Source: a virus
Length of the DNA: 64,000 nt
Virus record (IMG/VR): IMGVR_UViG_3300023179_000016
Location: 89,400 to 153,399 of that record
Direction: 5' to 3' (one strand)
Made by a program: the position numbers and the translations under genes. The notes beneath the pieces were generated by a model. That model was not told where the DNA came from. It saw only the letters and a program-made list of their open reading frames with translations, and searched no databases. Numbering within the stretch: position 1 is the stretch's first letter; each line of letters opens with the position of its first letter. This document shows positions 39,558-49,818 of this stretch, one piece after another.

Positions 39558-40007
39558 ATGATAGATAAGACACTAACATCTGTAGATGTTACGTCTCTTG
39601 CCGAATATCTAGAAAAAGTAAAAGATGTCGCATCCATCAATAAAATGATGGGTGCGACTTATCTTAGAGACTTTATTCAAGGCCAAGACGTAGCTGGTGC
39701 TTTACTGGCTAAAGCCATACAGGCAGATATCAAGGCTAAATCTAGTCTTGAGCAAGCCGAGGCAATAGCTTATCTAGATAAGGCATCTGATTATTTAAAA
39801 GAAAAAAATATAAAAGATAGCTCTGAAGCTAGAAAAAAATACGTCGATATCGATAAAGATGTCATCGTGGCAAAAGATAATAAAGCTAAAACCGAGGCTC
39901 TTGTCTCTTTATTAAAAAATAAATTGAGTATACTTCGTCAAGCACACGATGATGTAAAAAAGATCGCATATGGAGACAACAATCTCAATCAATGGGAAGG
40001 TATGTAA
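39558..40007 (+). CDS. UvsY-like recombination mediator (putative)
   Basis: All-helical 149 aa between SSB and RecA; ARKKYVDIDKDV resembles UvsY-like proteins. Confidence 0.5.
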   Translation: MIDKTLTSVDVTSLAEYLEKVKDVASINKMMGATYLRDFIQGQDVAGALLAKAIQADIKAKSSLEQAEAIAYLDKASDYLKEKNIKDSSEARKKYVDIDKDVIVAKDNKAKTEALVSLLKNKLSILRQAHDDVKKIAYGDNNLNQWEGM

Positions 40008-40009
40008 TT

Positions 40010-41116
40010 ATGTCTAAATGGATGTCAAAATTAACTTCTGATTTTGGAAGCATTGCTAGCTCTTTAAAGCGCGAAGAACCACAAGTAGTCCCCTCTTGGA
40101 GTCCTAGTTTAAATTGGGCCACAGCAAGAGGTGGTTTTATGCCAGGTAAAGTAAATATACTTTACGGCCCGGAATCTAGCGGCAAATCTATGCTGGCCAT
40201 GATGGCATTGATAGAATTACAAAAAAGAGATCAAGATGCAATAGCCATCTGGTTTGACGCAGAGTACTCCTTTAACCCTGATTTTTTTACAAAATTAGGT
40301 GGAGATGCAGATAGACTTATTGTTAGAAGATCTAACGATCCGCTAAAGATATTTGATTATATCGGCGGAGAACTATTAGAACTGCTCCAGGAAGGGGCAC
40401 CTGTAAAAGCTATAGTAATCGACTCCGTCAGGTCCATCAGATTTCCTAAGGACATGAAGAAACAGACAACGGATATGATAATGGGCGGTACTGGCGCAAA
40501 CTACTTGCCATCTGCTTTTAAACTAATTTTGCCTGTTATCGCAGAACATAAACTTTTATCGTTCTTCATACAGCAGGTTAGTATTCAAATAGACCCAATG
40601 AAGGCACTAAGAAACCCATATGTTTTGCCTGATGGACAAGCGCTTAAACACGCTGGAGATCTAATGCTAGAAATAATTAAATTAGATACCAAAAATGGCG
40701 TCATAGAGGCAGGAGAAACTATTACAGGAAGCACTCAGCAAGTCGGACATAAGGTCCGAATTAAGGTTAAAAAAAATAGAATGGGACAACCGGCCAGAGT
40801 TGCACAGTTTACTTTTTCTTATGAAAAGGGTATAGTAGATGTCGGCAATGAGATATTCGATTTAGGAAAGTCGTTGGGGCTCATCTATCATCCAATTAAC
40901 GAATCCACCGGTAAAGAAAATCCTCAGATGTGGAAATTTTCTAATTATGACCCGATAAGGGGCGAACAAAATATGAGAGAATTTGTCTTATCTTCAAAAA
41001 AGATACAGGACGAGATAATGACGGAATGCTATAAGCATGTAGATGCAAAAGTTCAAGTGGATGCATCTGGTGTAGTTCTAGATTCCCCTGTTGAAGATCT
41101 AGTGGTAGAGCTATAA
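40010..41116 (+). CDS. recA: RecA/UvsX-like recombinase
   Basis: LYGPESSGKS, FDAE, IVIDSV, GQALKH, KVKKNR. Confidence 0.92.
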   Translation: MSKWMSKLTSDFGSIASSLKREEPQVVPSWSPSLNWATARGGFMPGKVNILYGPESSGKSMLAMMALIELQKRDQDAIAIWFDAEYSFNPDFFTKLGGDADRLIVRRSNDPLKIFDYIGGELLELLQEGAPVKAIVIDSVRSIRFPKDMKKQTTDMIMGGTGANYLPSAFKLILPVIAEHKLLSFFIQQVSIQIDPMKALRNPYVLPDGQALKHAGDLMLEIIKLDTKNGVIEAGETITGSTQQVGHKVRIKVKKNRMGQPARVAQFTFSYEKGIVDVGNEIFDLGKSLGLIYHPINESTGKENPQMWKFSNYDPIRGEQNMREFVLSSKKIQDEIMTECYKHVDAKVQVDASGVVLDSPVEDLVVEL

Positions 41117-41301
41117 TGGAAGAATTAATTATAGATGATAGTTGCATATCTTGTAAACAAGACAGTGATTATGGCATAGTTGGATTCAACGATAAACTCA
41201 TATTTCACGAGCATTATTGTCAATCTTGTTACTTTAAAAAAAGAAAAAATACAGATGGCCAAAATTCTATTGATAGGCGACCCCCATCTCAAAATAACTA
41301 A
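41116..41301 (+). CDS. Small CxxC..CxxC zinc-finger protein
   Basis: CISC and CQSC; TAATG coupling to recA. Confidence 0.45.
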   Translation: MEELIIDDSCISCKQDSDYGIVGFNDKLIFHEHYCQSCYFKKRKNTDGQNSIDRRPPSQNN

Positions 41302-42274
41302 ATTTGAACTAGCGCAAAAATTCCTATCCTGGATCAATTTTTTAATAATTGAAGAAAAACCTGATTTAGTTGTTAATTTAGGCGATACTTTTGATACTCA
41401 TGCGGTTTTGAGATCAGAAGTAATGTCTGAATTTATGGAACATGTCAAGTCAACGCTTAAAACCTGTCCGTATATCTATGTCATTGGAAATCATGATCAA
41501 TATAAGCCCAACGACAATAAGTACCATGCACTGTCTCATTTAAAGAATACAATCAAAGACTTCACAATAATAGATGAAATAACAGATATCGGCGATATCA
41601 CGTATGTCCCATACGTACACGACCAATCTCTTTTTCCTAAAAAAACCAAAACTATTTGCATAGCTCATCAAACTTTTAAAGGGGCTGATTATGGGAGTCT
41701 ATTGGCCTTAGATGGTATTGATCCGTCTACGATCGACGGGGCTGAATTAATCATATCTGGGCACATACATAAAAAGCAAGATCTCCAGTCCTCCAACGGT
41801 AATATCCGGATAGTGTATCCGGGAACTCCATTTTCGCAAAGTGCATCTGATGTTGACCAGATTAAAGGAATATCTATTTTTGACACCGACACGTTTAACT
41901 TTAGATTTGTGCAGTCGCCGATGCCAATGTGGTACAGTATTAATTTTGAATACTCAGATACTCTCGGTAGTGAAGAATTACATTTAGAGTTAGCAAAAAC
42001 TTTAAATAATAAAGATAATTGGGTCATAGAGATAATAGGCCCTAAAACTGAAATAGTGGCATATTTAGACTCAAAAGAATATAAATCTCTAATAAAAGAT
42101 AAAAACATCAAACTTAAAACTAAGTTTAATGATAAAAATAAGAAAAAAATTAAGATTACTGCTACCACTATAAAAGATATAGTAGATCAATATATTGATA
42201 AAGTTTATAGCGGTAACTTAGATAAAGAGACACTAAAAATAAAAGCTAAACAAATCATGGCTACAGTTGAGTGA
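41255..42274 (+). CDS. SbcD/Mre11 (T4 gp47-like) nuclease
   Basis: GDPH, LGDTFD, GNHD, AHQ, SGHIH, YPGTP metallophosphoesterase motifs. Confidence 0.92.
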   Translation: MAKILLIGDPHLKITKFELAQKFLSWINFLIIEEKPDLVVNLGDTFDTHAVLRSEVMSEFMEHVKSTLKTCPYIYVIGNHDQYKPNDNKYHALSHLKNTIKDFTIIDEITDIGDITYVPYVHDQSLFPKKTKTICIAHQTFKGADYGSLLALDGIDPSTIDGAELIISGHIHKKQDLQSSNGNIRIVYPGTPFSQSASDVDQIKGISIFDTDTFNFRFVQSPMPMWYSINFEYSDTLGSEELHLELAKTLNNKDNWVIEIIGPKTEIVAYLDSKEYKSLIKDKNIKLKTKFNDKNKKKIKITATTIKDIVDQYIDKVYSGNLDKETLKIKAKQIMATVE

Positions 42275-42311
42275 CTAACTCTGGTATAATAAAAATAGAT
42301 AAAGTACCTAT

Positions 42312-42767
42312 ATGGATCAAAAAGAACTTAAATTAGAAGAGTATGTAGATCAAAGGCGCTGGTTGCTAAACAATGGTTTAGTTACTGATGACGTCAAAAA
42401 TCAACTTTTTTTCTGTGGTTCTATTGTTCATAAGGATGTTCAGGCAGTAGAGTTGAGAATAGATGCTGAACAAAAGCATGTATACTACACTATATATGTT
42501 CAAAAAGATCTTCTTAAAAAGATCGATAAATACAATACTTTATCTAAGTCCGATAAACTATTTGACTTATGGCGCTTTAAGCGCCTTCTTAAAAAAGAGG
42601 GATCACTAGACTTTAATAAGGTCCTTAACGGATTTGTTAGGGATTTTTGTGGACCTAAGTGGAAGGTATCTGTAGAAATATTGGACTTCAATTCTTACGT
42701 AGATGGTATTGAGGTTGCCAATGGACCCGTTGAGTATAGTGAGACGGAAAATAAACCGTCTAACTAA
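42312..42767 (+). CDS. Hypothetical protein
   Basis: 151 aa; TGGTATAAT at 42282-42290 upstream. Confidence 0.6.
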   Translation: MDQKELKLEEYVDQRRWLLNNGLVTDDVKNQLFFCGSIVHKDVQAVELRIDAEQKHVYYTIYVQKDLLKKIDKYNTLSKSDKLFDLWRFKRLLKKEGSLDFNKVLNGFVRDFCGPKWKVSVEILDFNSYVDGIEVANGPVEYSETENKPSN

Positions 42768-43167
42768 TAATGAAGATCATAGACAGAGTCTATGGGTACA
42801 CTATTTAAACGGCAACTCTCCAGATTCGTTCTCTGAATATTTAATTAAATTAAAATTAGAAACTCAAATAAGCAATGATATTGAGCACCATATTCTTTAT
42901 GCTTTAAAGAAACCTGGCTACAATAGAATTCAGCTATTGTTAAACAACTTTTCCCAATATGAGCAGAGCATAATATGCCTATTAATGTTGGGTCTTACTG
43001 CGCATCAAATATCTATACTTAAAGGTATAAGTGAGGTGCGTATCAGGCAATCTTTGTCAACTATTAGGTATAATCCATATTGGGAAAAAGAATATGGCGT
43101 TAAAAAAGAATCTAACAGAAGACGAACGGTTCGGTCTAACAGAAGAAGAAATAAAGTTAGCGACTAA
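42721..43167 (+). CDS. Sigma-70 region-4-like helix-turn-helix protein
   Basis: LNNFSQYEQSIICLLMLGLTAHQISILKGISEVRIRQ matches the sigma r4 pattern LSxRExxVxxL...xTxxEIAxxLGISxxRVxQ; GAGG before ATG 42721. Confidence 0.6.
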   Translation: MDPLSIVRRKINRLTNNEDHRQSLWVHYLNGNSPDSFSEYLIKLKLETQISNDIEHHILYALKKPGYNRIQLLLNNFSQYEQSIICLLMLGLTAHQISILKGISEVRIRQSLSTIRYNPYWEKEYGVKKESNRRRTVRSNRRRNKVSD

Positions 43168-43702
43168 GTGGCTGAGAAAACATAAAACCGCTGGCGCATT
43201 AAAAGATTTAGACGCAGCAAAGTTATATGAACTTTATCTTTTGGGCGATTCACTTGCAAAAATATCTCAACAGTTCCCCCAATTCCCTATTGGGCAGATA
43301 GCTCTTACTGCTGCCCTTCGGGGATGGGCAAAAGATAGAGATAAAATGCTGCACACCTTACAAGATAGGGTTAGAGCAAAAGTTGTTAAATCTGTACTAG
43401 AACAGGTTGACTTTTTAACCGCCATGATGTCTGTTGCTAATGCTGAACACATGGAAGGCATGATTAAATACATTCAAAATCCCATTAACAACCCTAAGCC
43501 TCAACTTAGAATAGCAAACATTAAAGAATATAAAGATGTCGCTGAGACTCTTTATAAGATAGTTGCAGGAGCAACTAGCACTAAACCAGGTCAAGTTTCT
43601 CCTATGTTTTCGGCATTGACATCTCCAATAAAAAAAGAAATATCTCAAGAAGAGAAGCAAGAAGATGATATCAGTATATTAGACGCTGTAGATGAATCTT
43701 AA
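43094..43702 (+). CDS. Probable terminase small subunit
   Basis: HTH-like N-terminal half, helical body, TAATG-coupled to TerL. Confidence 0.55.
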   Translation: MALKKNLTEDERFGLTEEEIKLATKWLRKHKTAGALKDLDAAKLYELYLLGDSLAKISQQFPQFPIGQIALTAALRGWAKDRDKMLHTLQDRVRAKVVKSVLEQVDFLTAMMSVANAEHMEGMIKYIQNPINNPKPQLRIANIKEYKDVAETLYKIVAGATSTKPGQVSPMFSALTSPIKKEISQEEKQEDDISILDAVDES

Positions 43703-45633
43703 TGACCAATAAACGACCTAAAAATAGCATAGAAAAACAAAAACGGCTTTTATTAAAAAAATGCCAGACGCGCGCTGAAGTAAAGGCGTGGATTAAATAC
43801 TTTTTAAATTTAGATTTACCTGATACCAGAGTTTCTAGATATGCTACAACTACGCCATTAGATATCGTATGGGAAATGTATAAGATCTGCGTCCTAGACG
43901 ATAACCCAGAAAATATACAAGAATTATTATATACTGGCAGCAGGGGAAGCGGTAAGACTTTAGGCGTAGCAATAGCAGAATTCATGATTATGCTTCATGA
44001 TCAAAGAGATATTGCCCATGTCGGCGCAATAATGCAGCAGGCAGCTCGAGCCTATGAATACATACAAAGTTTCTGCATGTCTCCTAAGGTCAAATTGATC
44101 ATCGACCCTGCAAATGCGAAAGATGACAGCAAGATACTTCAAAAAAGCACGATGTCAAAGAGTATCTTTAATATCAATAGTAACGTATCTACTATAGAAA
44201 TATTGCCGACTACTTTAAAAGCGCTCAACGGCGTTCACTGTCAATTAGTTTCATGCGACGAATTAGATACACTGAGCGGCGAAGGTCTTAGAGCAATTAA
44301 AGAAGTATCCGGCATGTTGGATACTAAAAAAGGTAAAAAGCCACTGAGAGTTGGCATTTCTACTCGTAAGACTAAGTATGGTCTTATGAATTCGATGATA
44401 GAAAATGCTGAAAAAGAGGGTAGGCATGTAAGATATTGGACCGCTCTAGAATTCACAGAACGCTGTCCAGACACTAGAAGTGGTACTATGCCGACACCGC
44501 TATGGTTGAACCAAGATACCGGCGAATCCTTATTGACAGAGGATTACGAAAAACTATCTAAAAACAAACAACAAGGGTTTGTATTAGAGAGCGTCGGTAT
44601 GTACGACAAATGCCGTGGGTGTCCTGCTGCTGTATTTTGTAGAGGAGATGCTAAACTACAAACCTCAAATAGTCAAATGTTAAAGACTATAACAGAGCAC
44701 ATACAAAAAATAAAGTCAGAAGGCATCGATTGGGCTGCTTCCCAGCTATATAACTTAAAACCTTCTACAGAAGGACTAGTATTTACAGAATTTGAAGAGA
44801 GAATTCACGTTAAAGACTGGAATCAAATGTGGCATATTCTGGTTGGCAAGGAATTTCCCGGTCAATGCACGCACGATATTTTTGTAAAAAAAATCCATGA
44901 GATGAAGGTGCCTGTGTATGCTGGGTTAGACTGGGGCTTCACTAATCCAAACACGGTGGTATATTTTGCTGTAGATAAAAGAGATAATATCTATGTGTTG
45001 AAAACAGATGCAATGACGCATTTAAGCCAACCGGCATGGATACATCACTGTAAGACAAAATATCATACCGCGTATAGGTGCCAACTGTATTTTCCTGATT
45101 CTGCGGATCAGGGCGCGATACAGGAGATGCAGAAATCTGGTTTGCCGGTATCTAATTCACCAAAGGGAGAAATCAATGCCGGTATACAGGTTATAAAAAG
45201 ATTCTTACGCATACCTGGCACTAGTGAAACTAAACTATTTGTTGCAAAAGAGACTAATTCATTTTTGATAAATGAATTTAGTTTATATCATTTTAAGACC
45301 AATGCTGCCGGTGAAATAACCGATACCCCTGAAGGTGAAAATGACCACTCGCTAGATGCGCTTAGGTATGCATTAACACAATTATTTGGAAAAACAAATA
45401 TAATATTAGGTGGATCAGGGCTAGATTTAGATGTTTCTGAAGGCCTTATTGACAATCAAGGTAACTTTTTTAGAACACCTAATGCTATGGAATTTGCTGG
45501 AAGCAAGGGCTTATCCTTAAACATCAACGAAGAAGACGCTTCTAAATTAGGCAAAATAGGTACCCAAAAAGAATTAGATGATAATTCTGATGACGAGGAT
45601 GGCGGGGCAGGTTCATTTTTATGGACTTTTTAA
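43702..45633 (+). CDS. Terminase large subunit
   Basis: GSRGSGKT, VSCDELD, GIST, AGLDWGFTNP, DHSLDALRY; Cys-rich insertion between the domains. Confidence 0.92.
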   Translation: MTNKRPKNSIEKQKRLLLKKCQTRAEVKAWIKYFLNLDLPDTRVSRYATTTPLDIVWEMYKICVLDDNPENIQELLYTGSRGSGKTLGVAIAEFMIMLHDQRDIAHVGAIMQQAARAYEYIQSFCMSPKVKLIIDPANAKDDSKILQKSTMSKSIFNINSNVSTIEILPTTLKALNGVHCQLVSCDELDTLSGEGLRAIKEVSGMLDTKKGKKPLRVGISTRKTKYGLMNSMIENAEKEGRHVRYWTALEFTERCPDTRSGTMPTPLWLNQDTGESLLTEDYEKLSKNKQQGFVLESVGMYDKCRGCPAAVFCRGDAKLQTSNSQMLKTITEHIQKIKSEGIDWAASQLYNLKPSTEGLVFTEFEERIHVKDWNQMWHILVGKEFPGQCTHDIFVKKIHEMKVPVYAGLDWGFTNPNTVVYFAVDKRDNIYVLKTDAMTHLSQPAWIHHCKTKYHTAYRCQLYFPDSADQGAIQEMQKSGLPVSNSPKGEINAGIQVIKRFLRIPGTSETKLFVAKETNSFLINEFSLYHFKTNAAGEITDTPEGENDHSLDALRYALTQLFGKTNIILGGSGLDLDVSEGLIDNQGNFFRTPNAMEFAGSKGLSLNINEEDASKLGKIGTQKELDDNSDDEDGGAGSFLWTF

Positions 45634-45682
45634 GTAAGTCAATGATAAAATTGGTATAATATAAAGATTAAGGATTACTTAA

Positions 45683-47662
45683 ATGGCGTTCTGGGATTCA
45701 TGGTTCAAAAAACAAATTCAAGAAGAAATCCAAGACCTATTGAAGGCGGATGGCATCGTTCCAAACGAGACAGGGCCCGCTCCAATTAGAGGATCTTATA
45801 CCGCCGATGCATTACCCGATTCTCCAGAAGCGCACGACGCATCTAATCAAATAGGCCGTAAGGCAATAGTCGACGATCCCTACTTTGAAAATCTAACCCA
45901 TCAAATAAATGTTAAGCATAAGCTATCTAGACTTAGTAATAGAATGCTTAAAGAGGTCTCTGTTAGAGATTGGCTTGTATCTTCAATAATACAATGTCGC
46001 GTAGACACTTTATTGAGATTTTCTAGACCAGAGCATAAAAGATTCGAGATGGGGTTTCGTTTAATAAAAAAGGAAAAATCGTCTGAATATTCAAAAGAAG
46101 AACTAGAAGAGATTTCCGCTCTAGAAGACTTTATATATCATTGCGGGCGCAAAGAAGGCACTCCGGCGAATGAGCGAATGCTATTTGGAGAATTTCTAAA
46201 ATTAGTTGTTAGAGATGCTCTTACATTTGGGCATGTTGCAGTAGAAAAAGTTAAAACTAGGGGTGGCGGCCTACATAGATTTCGTCCTCTTCCGGCAGAA
46301 TCTGTCTATCTGATAAATAAGAGACTGTCGAAAGAACAGGTGGCCGAACAAGAAAAAAATGCTCAAACTGTGTTTGGTAAGCCACTAAGCAACAACGACC
46401 CTAAAAAGGATCAAAAAGTCAACAAAGTAGACATTGATTATTATAAATATATTCAGATGTCTTATAACATGCAGCCCTTGGCTCATTTTGGCGATGAAGA
46501 CCTAATCTTTAAATTATTTAATCCGCAAAATTTTGCCGACTCAAATGGTTATTGCTATTCTCCATTAGAATTAACTATTATTAATATAACAAACCATCTA
46601 AATGTTGAGAATTATAATGCTAATTTCTTTACGCATGGTTATGCCGCTAGAGGCGTCCTGCACCTTAAAGGAACAGTTACTCAATCGCAATTAATGAACT
46701 TTAGAAGGCAGTTTTATAATAGCATCTCTGGTCAACAGCATGCTTGGAGAACACCTATTGTAGCTGGATTGGATGATGTACAGTGGGTACCCATGTCCGG
46801 ATCTTCCAAGGAAATGGAATATATAAATTTTAATAACCATTTAATGAGAATAATCTGTGCGCAATTTGCCATAGATCCGGTTGAGATAGGATTAGATTAT
46901 CTAGTTAGCGCTACTGGCAGAGCGCCAATGCAACAAGCTAACAATGAATATAAGATAGCTTACTCTAGAGAGCGCGGCCTATATCCAATATTGATGTTCG
47001 TAGAGGACATGATCAATGGAGATCTACTTCCAGCAATAGATAAAAGTTTAGCAGACAAATATAGATTTGTATTTACTGGCTACACTGATGAAACTTCACA
47101 ATCTGAAGTTGCTCAGATGCAGGCAGAAATGTCTATCTTTAAGTCTATGAACGATCTGCTGATCCAGTCGCAGAAAGAGAAAATAAATACACCTGCTGCA
47201 GACTTACCGCTTAACCAAGCTTTTTGGGCTCTAGTCGAGAAAAACTATACTAGAGGTGAAATAAGAGAGATCTTCTTTAAAGATAAAGGCGCCTCTGAAA
47301 GAAGAGAACTCCAATATATACCTGGAGATGCGGCCTTTATGTCTTGGCAGCAAACTATACTTGCTCTTGATCAATCTAGAGAGCAAAAGAAAATGGCCGA
47401 ACAGCAACAAGAAGCTCAACAGGCTCAAATGCAGCACGAAAAAGAACAGAAAGAAATGGAAAATAAGCATGCAGAGGCCGCACACGGCAGAGAAGAAGAA
47501 AAACATGCCATGGAGATGGAGCAGATGAAAGCTGAAGCTGCAGCTAATGCCGTAAAAGCCGGATCCTTGCGCTCTTCTGCTCAGGCATTTGGTGCCTCTA
47601 AGGCTATGAATATAGGTGGCACTATGATTGCCAACCCCATAAATAAACTACCAGAAGAATAA
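45683..47662 (+). CDS. Portal protein
   Basis: GYCYSPLE, FFTHG..RGVL, WRTPIV, KEMEY...ICAQFAIDPVEIG portal motifs; TGGTATAAT at 45652-45660. Confidence 0.9.
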   Translation: MAFWDSWFKKQIQEEIQDLLKADGIVPNETGPAPIRGSYTADALPDSPEAHDASNQIGRKAIVDDPYFENLTHQINVKHKLSRLSNRMLKEVSVRDWLVSSIIQCRVDTLLRFSRPEHKRFEMGFRLIKKEKSSEYSKEELEEISALEDFIYHCGRKEGTPANERMLFGEFLKLVVRDALTFGHVAVEKVKTRGGGLHRFRPLPAESVYLINKRLSKEQVAEQEKNAQTVFGKPLSNNDPKKDQKVNKVDIDYYKYIQMSYNMQPLAHFGDEDLIFKLFNPQNFADSNGYCYSPLELTIINITNHLNVENYNANFFTHGYAARGVLHLKGTVTQSQLMNFRRQFYNSISGQQHAWRTPIVAGLDDVQWVPMSGSSKEMEYINFNNHLMRIICAQFAIDPVEIGLDYLVSATGRAPMQQANNEYKIAYSRERGLYPILMFVEDMINGDLLPAIDKSLADKYRFVFTGYTDETSQSEVAQMQAEMSIFKSMNDLLIQSQKEKINTPAADLPLNQAFWALVEKNYTRGEIREIFFKDKGASERRELQYIPGDAAFMSWQQTILALDQSREQKKMAEQQQEAQQAQMQHEKEQKEMENKHAEAAHGREEEKHAMEMEQMKAEAAANAVKAGSLRSSAQAFGASKAMNIGGTMIANPINKLPEE

Positions 47663-47664
47663 AC

Positions 47665-47701
47665 TATCGCATTTCAATGCGATAATCTAATTTAGTATAA
47701 T
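47665..47701 (+). promoter_or_regulatory. 8-bp hairpin after portal, followed by -10 box AGTATAAT
   Basis: TATCGCAT-ttca-ATGCGATA (47665-47684); AGTATAAT 47694-47701. Confidence 0.5.
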
Positions 47702-47747
47702 CTATAAAATTATTGCCAACAATCAATTGGCTTAAGAGGATCACTAA

Positions 47748-48521
47748 ATGGCATTGATTATTCTTGAAGGATTAGATCGCACTGGCAAATCAACAGTGGC
47801 AAGATATTACGAAAGTCTTGGATATCATTTAATCCACATGTCGGCTCCTTCTAAAGGCACAACAGCAGATCAATATCTTCAAGATATCACTGATCTATTG
47901 TCCTCTGCTTCCACAAGAGACATAGTATTAGATAGATCTCATTATGGCGAATTAATATGGTCATCGGTCTATGGTAGATCTTCACTTTTGACAGAAGAAG
48001 ATATAGAATCTCTAGCGGAGATAGAAACAGCCGTAGGCGTCAAAAGAATACTTATGGTTGATCCAAACGTTGAAGCACATTGGAATAGATGTGTTGAAAA
48101 TAATGAACCGTTGACTAAAGCCCAATTCATCAAGGCAAGATCCCTTTATTATCAAATGGCCCAAAAGTTTAACTTTGAAAGTCAAAATCTGCCGCAATTC
48201 TTAAGACTAAATCCGGATGCAGAATCTATTTCTAAAATAGACAGCGGCGACAACGATATTGTTACAACAGATGAGACAAAAAAATCTAAAACACCAGAAC
48301 AATTAAAACTAGAAAAGGCAAACGCAATAAACGATATTCTGTCTAAAAGAATTTTAAAGCAAAAAGGCGACACATACGAAGATTTAGAGCGCGATATTAG
48401 AAACTTTTTAAATGCAAAATTAGGTAAACTTTTTGGCGACACGTCTGACTTAGGTTTTACAAGTGAAGAAATTAAATTTTACAAGACAATGTATAAAAAG
48501 GCAACTAAAAAAGGGGAATGA
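47748..48521 (+). CDS. P-loop (d)NMP kinase, thymidylate-kinase-like
   Basis: IILEGLDRTGKST, VLDRSHYGE. Confidence 0.8.
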   Translation: MALIILEGLDRTGKSTVARYYESLGYHLIHMSAPSKGTTADQYLQDITDLLSSASTRDIVLDRSHYGELIWSSVYGRSSLLTEEDIESLAEIETAVGVKRILMVDPNVEAHWNRCVENNEPLTKAQFIKARSLYYQMAQKFNFESQNLPQFLRLNPDAESISKIDSGDNDIVTTDETKKSKTPEQLKLEKANAINDILSKRILKQKGDTYEDLERDIRNFLNAKLGKLFGDTSDLGFTSEEIKFYKTMYKKATKKGE

Positions 48522-49093
48522 AGATGAAGGGATTTAAACTGCACGAACAACCGTCCAAAAAAACTCAAATTAAACAACTTGAGACAGAATTAAAAAATTC
48601 TCAAGTTGCCAATAGAATGTCTCAACTAATGATTCAACAGTTGGTCAACAGCGTAAAATCTATTGGAGATGATTTAAATACTGCTGTGAGTAGATTGTAC
48701 GAGTTGCAGTATAAATACGATGCATTGAGACAGTATTTAAATGCAGACGTAAATAACTTAAATGATATTGCAAATCAACTTCGCCTAAAAGATTTTCAAG
48801 AGGCAGCAGAGAGAGCAGATCTTCAAGAAGAATTGCAGACGGTAGAGACTGCCACAGAAGATAGCACTGTAGTACTGACCTCTACTGCCAAAGATGAAAA
48901 TAACGTCGATAAGGGCATATTTAGATCCAGAGTTAAACTGTCTGAGTCAGGTTCTCCAGATCTCATCAGCAAACTCTTAGGTAAAAAAGTTGGCGATAAG
49001 GTCTTAGTTAAGTTAAATAACTTAGATCATACCGTAGAACTTCTTTCTGTAAAGAATGGGCCAACTAAAGCTGATCCGGAGACTACACACTAA
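48518..49093 (+). CDS. Coiled-coil protein with GreA/GreB-C-terminal-like (FKBP-fold) domain
   Basis: STVVL...SPDLISKLLGKKVGDKVLVKL...VELLSV resembles the GreA C-domain SPLxxALxGKxxGDxVxV...EILxV. Confidence 0.5.
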   Translation: MKMKGFKLHEQPSKKTQIKQLETELKNSQVANRMSQLMIQQLVNSVKSIGDDLNTAVSRLYELQYKYDALRQYLNADVNNLNDIANQLRLKDFQEAAERADLQEELQTVETATEDSTVVLTSTAKDENNVDKGIFRSRVKLSESGSPDLISKLLGKKVGDKVLVKLNNLDHTVELLSVKNGPTKADPETTH

Positions 49094-49491
49094 TGAAGGG
49101 TTGTAAAATGGATTCTAGGTGCCCTAGAAATCTTAAAGAGACACCAGATGACTGGTGTCCTCTTGCTGTTTTAAGGCTAAAAGCTATAAGAAATGCTGGC
49201 AGGGAACTAACAGAATCTGAAGAAGCTAAACTACCAGGTTGTCCGTGGGCTATTGATCATCAATTGGCCAATTATTGTTTTTTTAAATATATTAACGAAT
49301 TTTCTAATGGTAAACCTGCTACGGATATAGAGTTAGCAGCCCTGCTAAACATTTCTCCTGAATCCGTTAAAAGAATAGAAAGATCTGGTTTAAATAAATT
49401 AAAATACAGCAATTCGTTCTCGAATATGAAGACGCAAGACGGTCCTATAGTGGAAGAAAAAGACGACAGTACCTATAAAGTACATAAGTAA
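49093..49491 (+). CDS. Cys-rich protein with sigma-70 region 4.2-like HTH
   Basis: ATDIELAALLNISPESVKRIERSGLNKLK versus RpoD TLEEVGxxFxVTRERIRQIEAKALRKLR; N-terminal CP..WCP..GCPW..YCF cluster. Confidence 0.65.
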   Translation: MKGCKMDSRCPRNLKETPDDWCPLAVLRLKAIRNAGRELTESEEAKLPGCPWAIDHQLANYCFFKYINEFSNGKPATDIELAALLNISPESVKRIERSGLNKLKYSNSFSNMKTQDGPIVEEKDDSTYKVHK

Positions 49492-49508
49492 TTGATTGTA
49501 TTAAATAT

Positions 49509-49763
49509 ATGAAATGTTACTATTGGTTGATAAATAATCAAACTTTAAGGGCATTGAAGTGCTCAACAGCCTACGATATTGAAGATAAATTAAATCACAA
49601 TTTCTTCAAAAAACAAAAAGAAGCCTATATAACTGGCGGTCATTCAATAGATAATCACTATTATCTTCATGTAGATAATATAGACCAAAAAACTTTATAT
49701 AATTTTAAGTCTTATTTAAGAAGATATTATTCGTTGAACCCTAAGCTAATACTAGAAAAATAA
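49509..49763 (+). CDS. Hypothetical protein
   Basis: 84-aa AT-rich ORF filling the gap; weak start signals. Confidence 0.4.
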   Translation: MKCYYWLINNQTLRALKCSTAYDIEDKLNHNFFKKQKEAYITGGHSIDNHYYLHVDNIDQKTLYNFKSYLRRYYSLNPKLILEK

Positions 49764-49818
49764 GCATTACATATATTTAGTCAATATAATGTAGACACGT
49801 GGTAAAATACCTAAAGGT

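Noticed and set aside
43081-43167. Programmed frameshift at GGGAAAAAG joining the sigma4-like ORF to the TerS-like ORF
   Set aside because: The downstream frame is +1, not -1, and has its own ATG at 43094.
44450-44660. Intein or intron in the terminase (Cys-rich insertion) or in DnaE
   Set aside because: No splice-junction motifs (C/S start, HN-C/S/T end) or homing endonuclease; looks like a zinc-binding insert.
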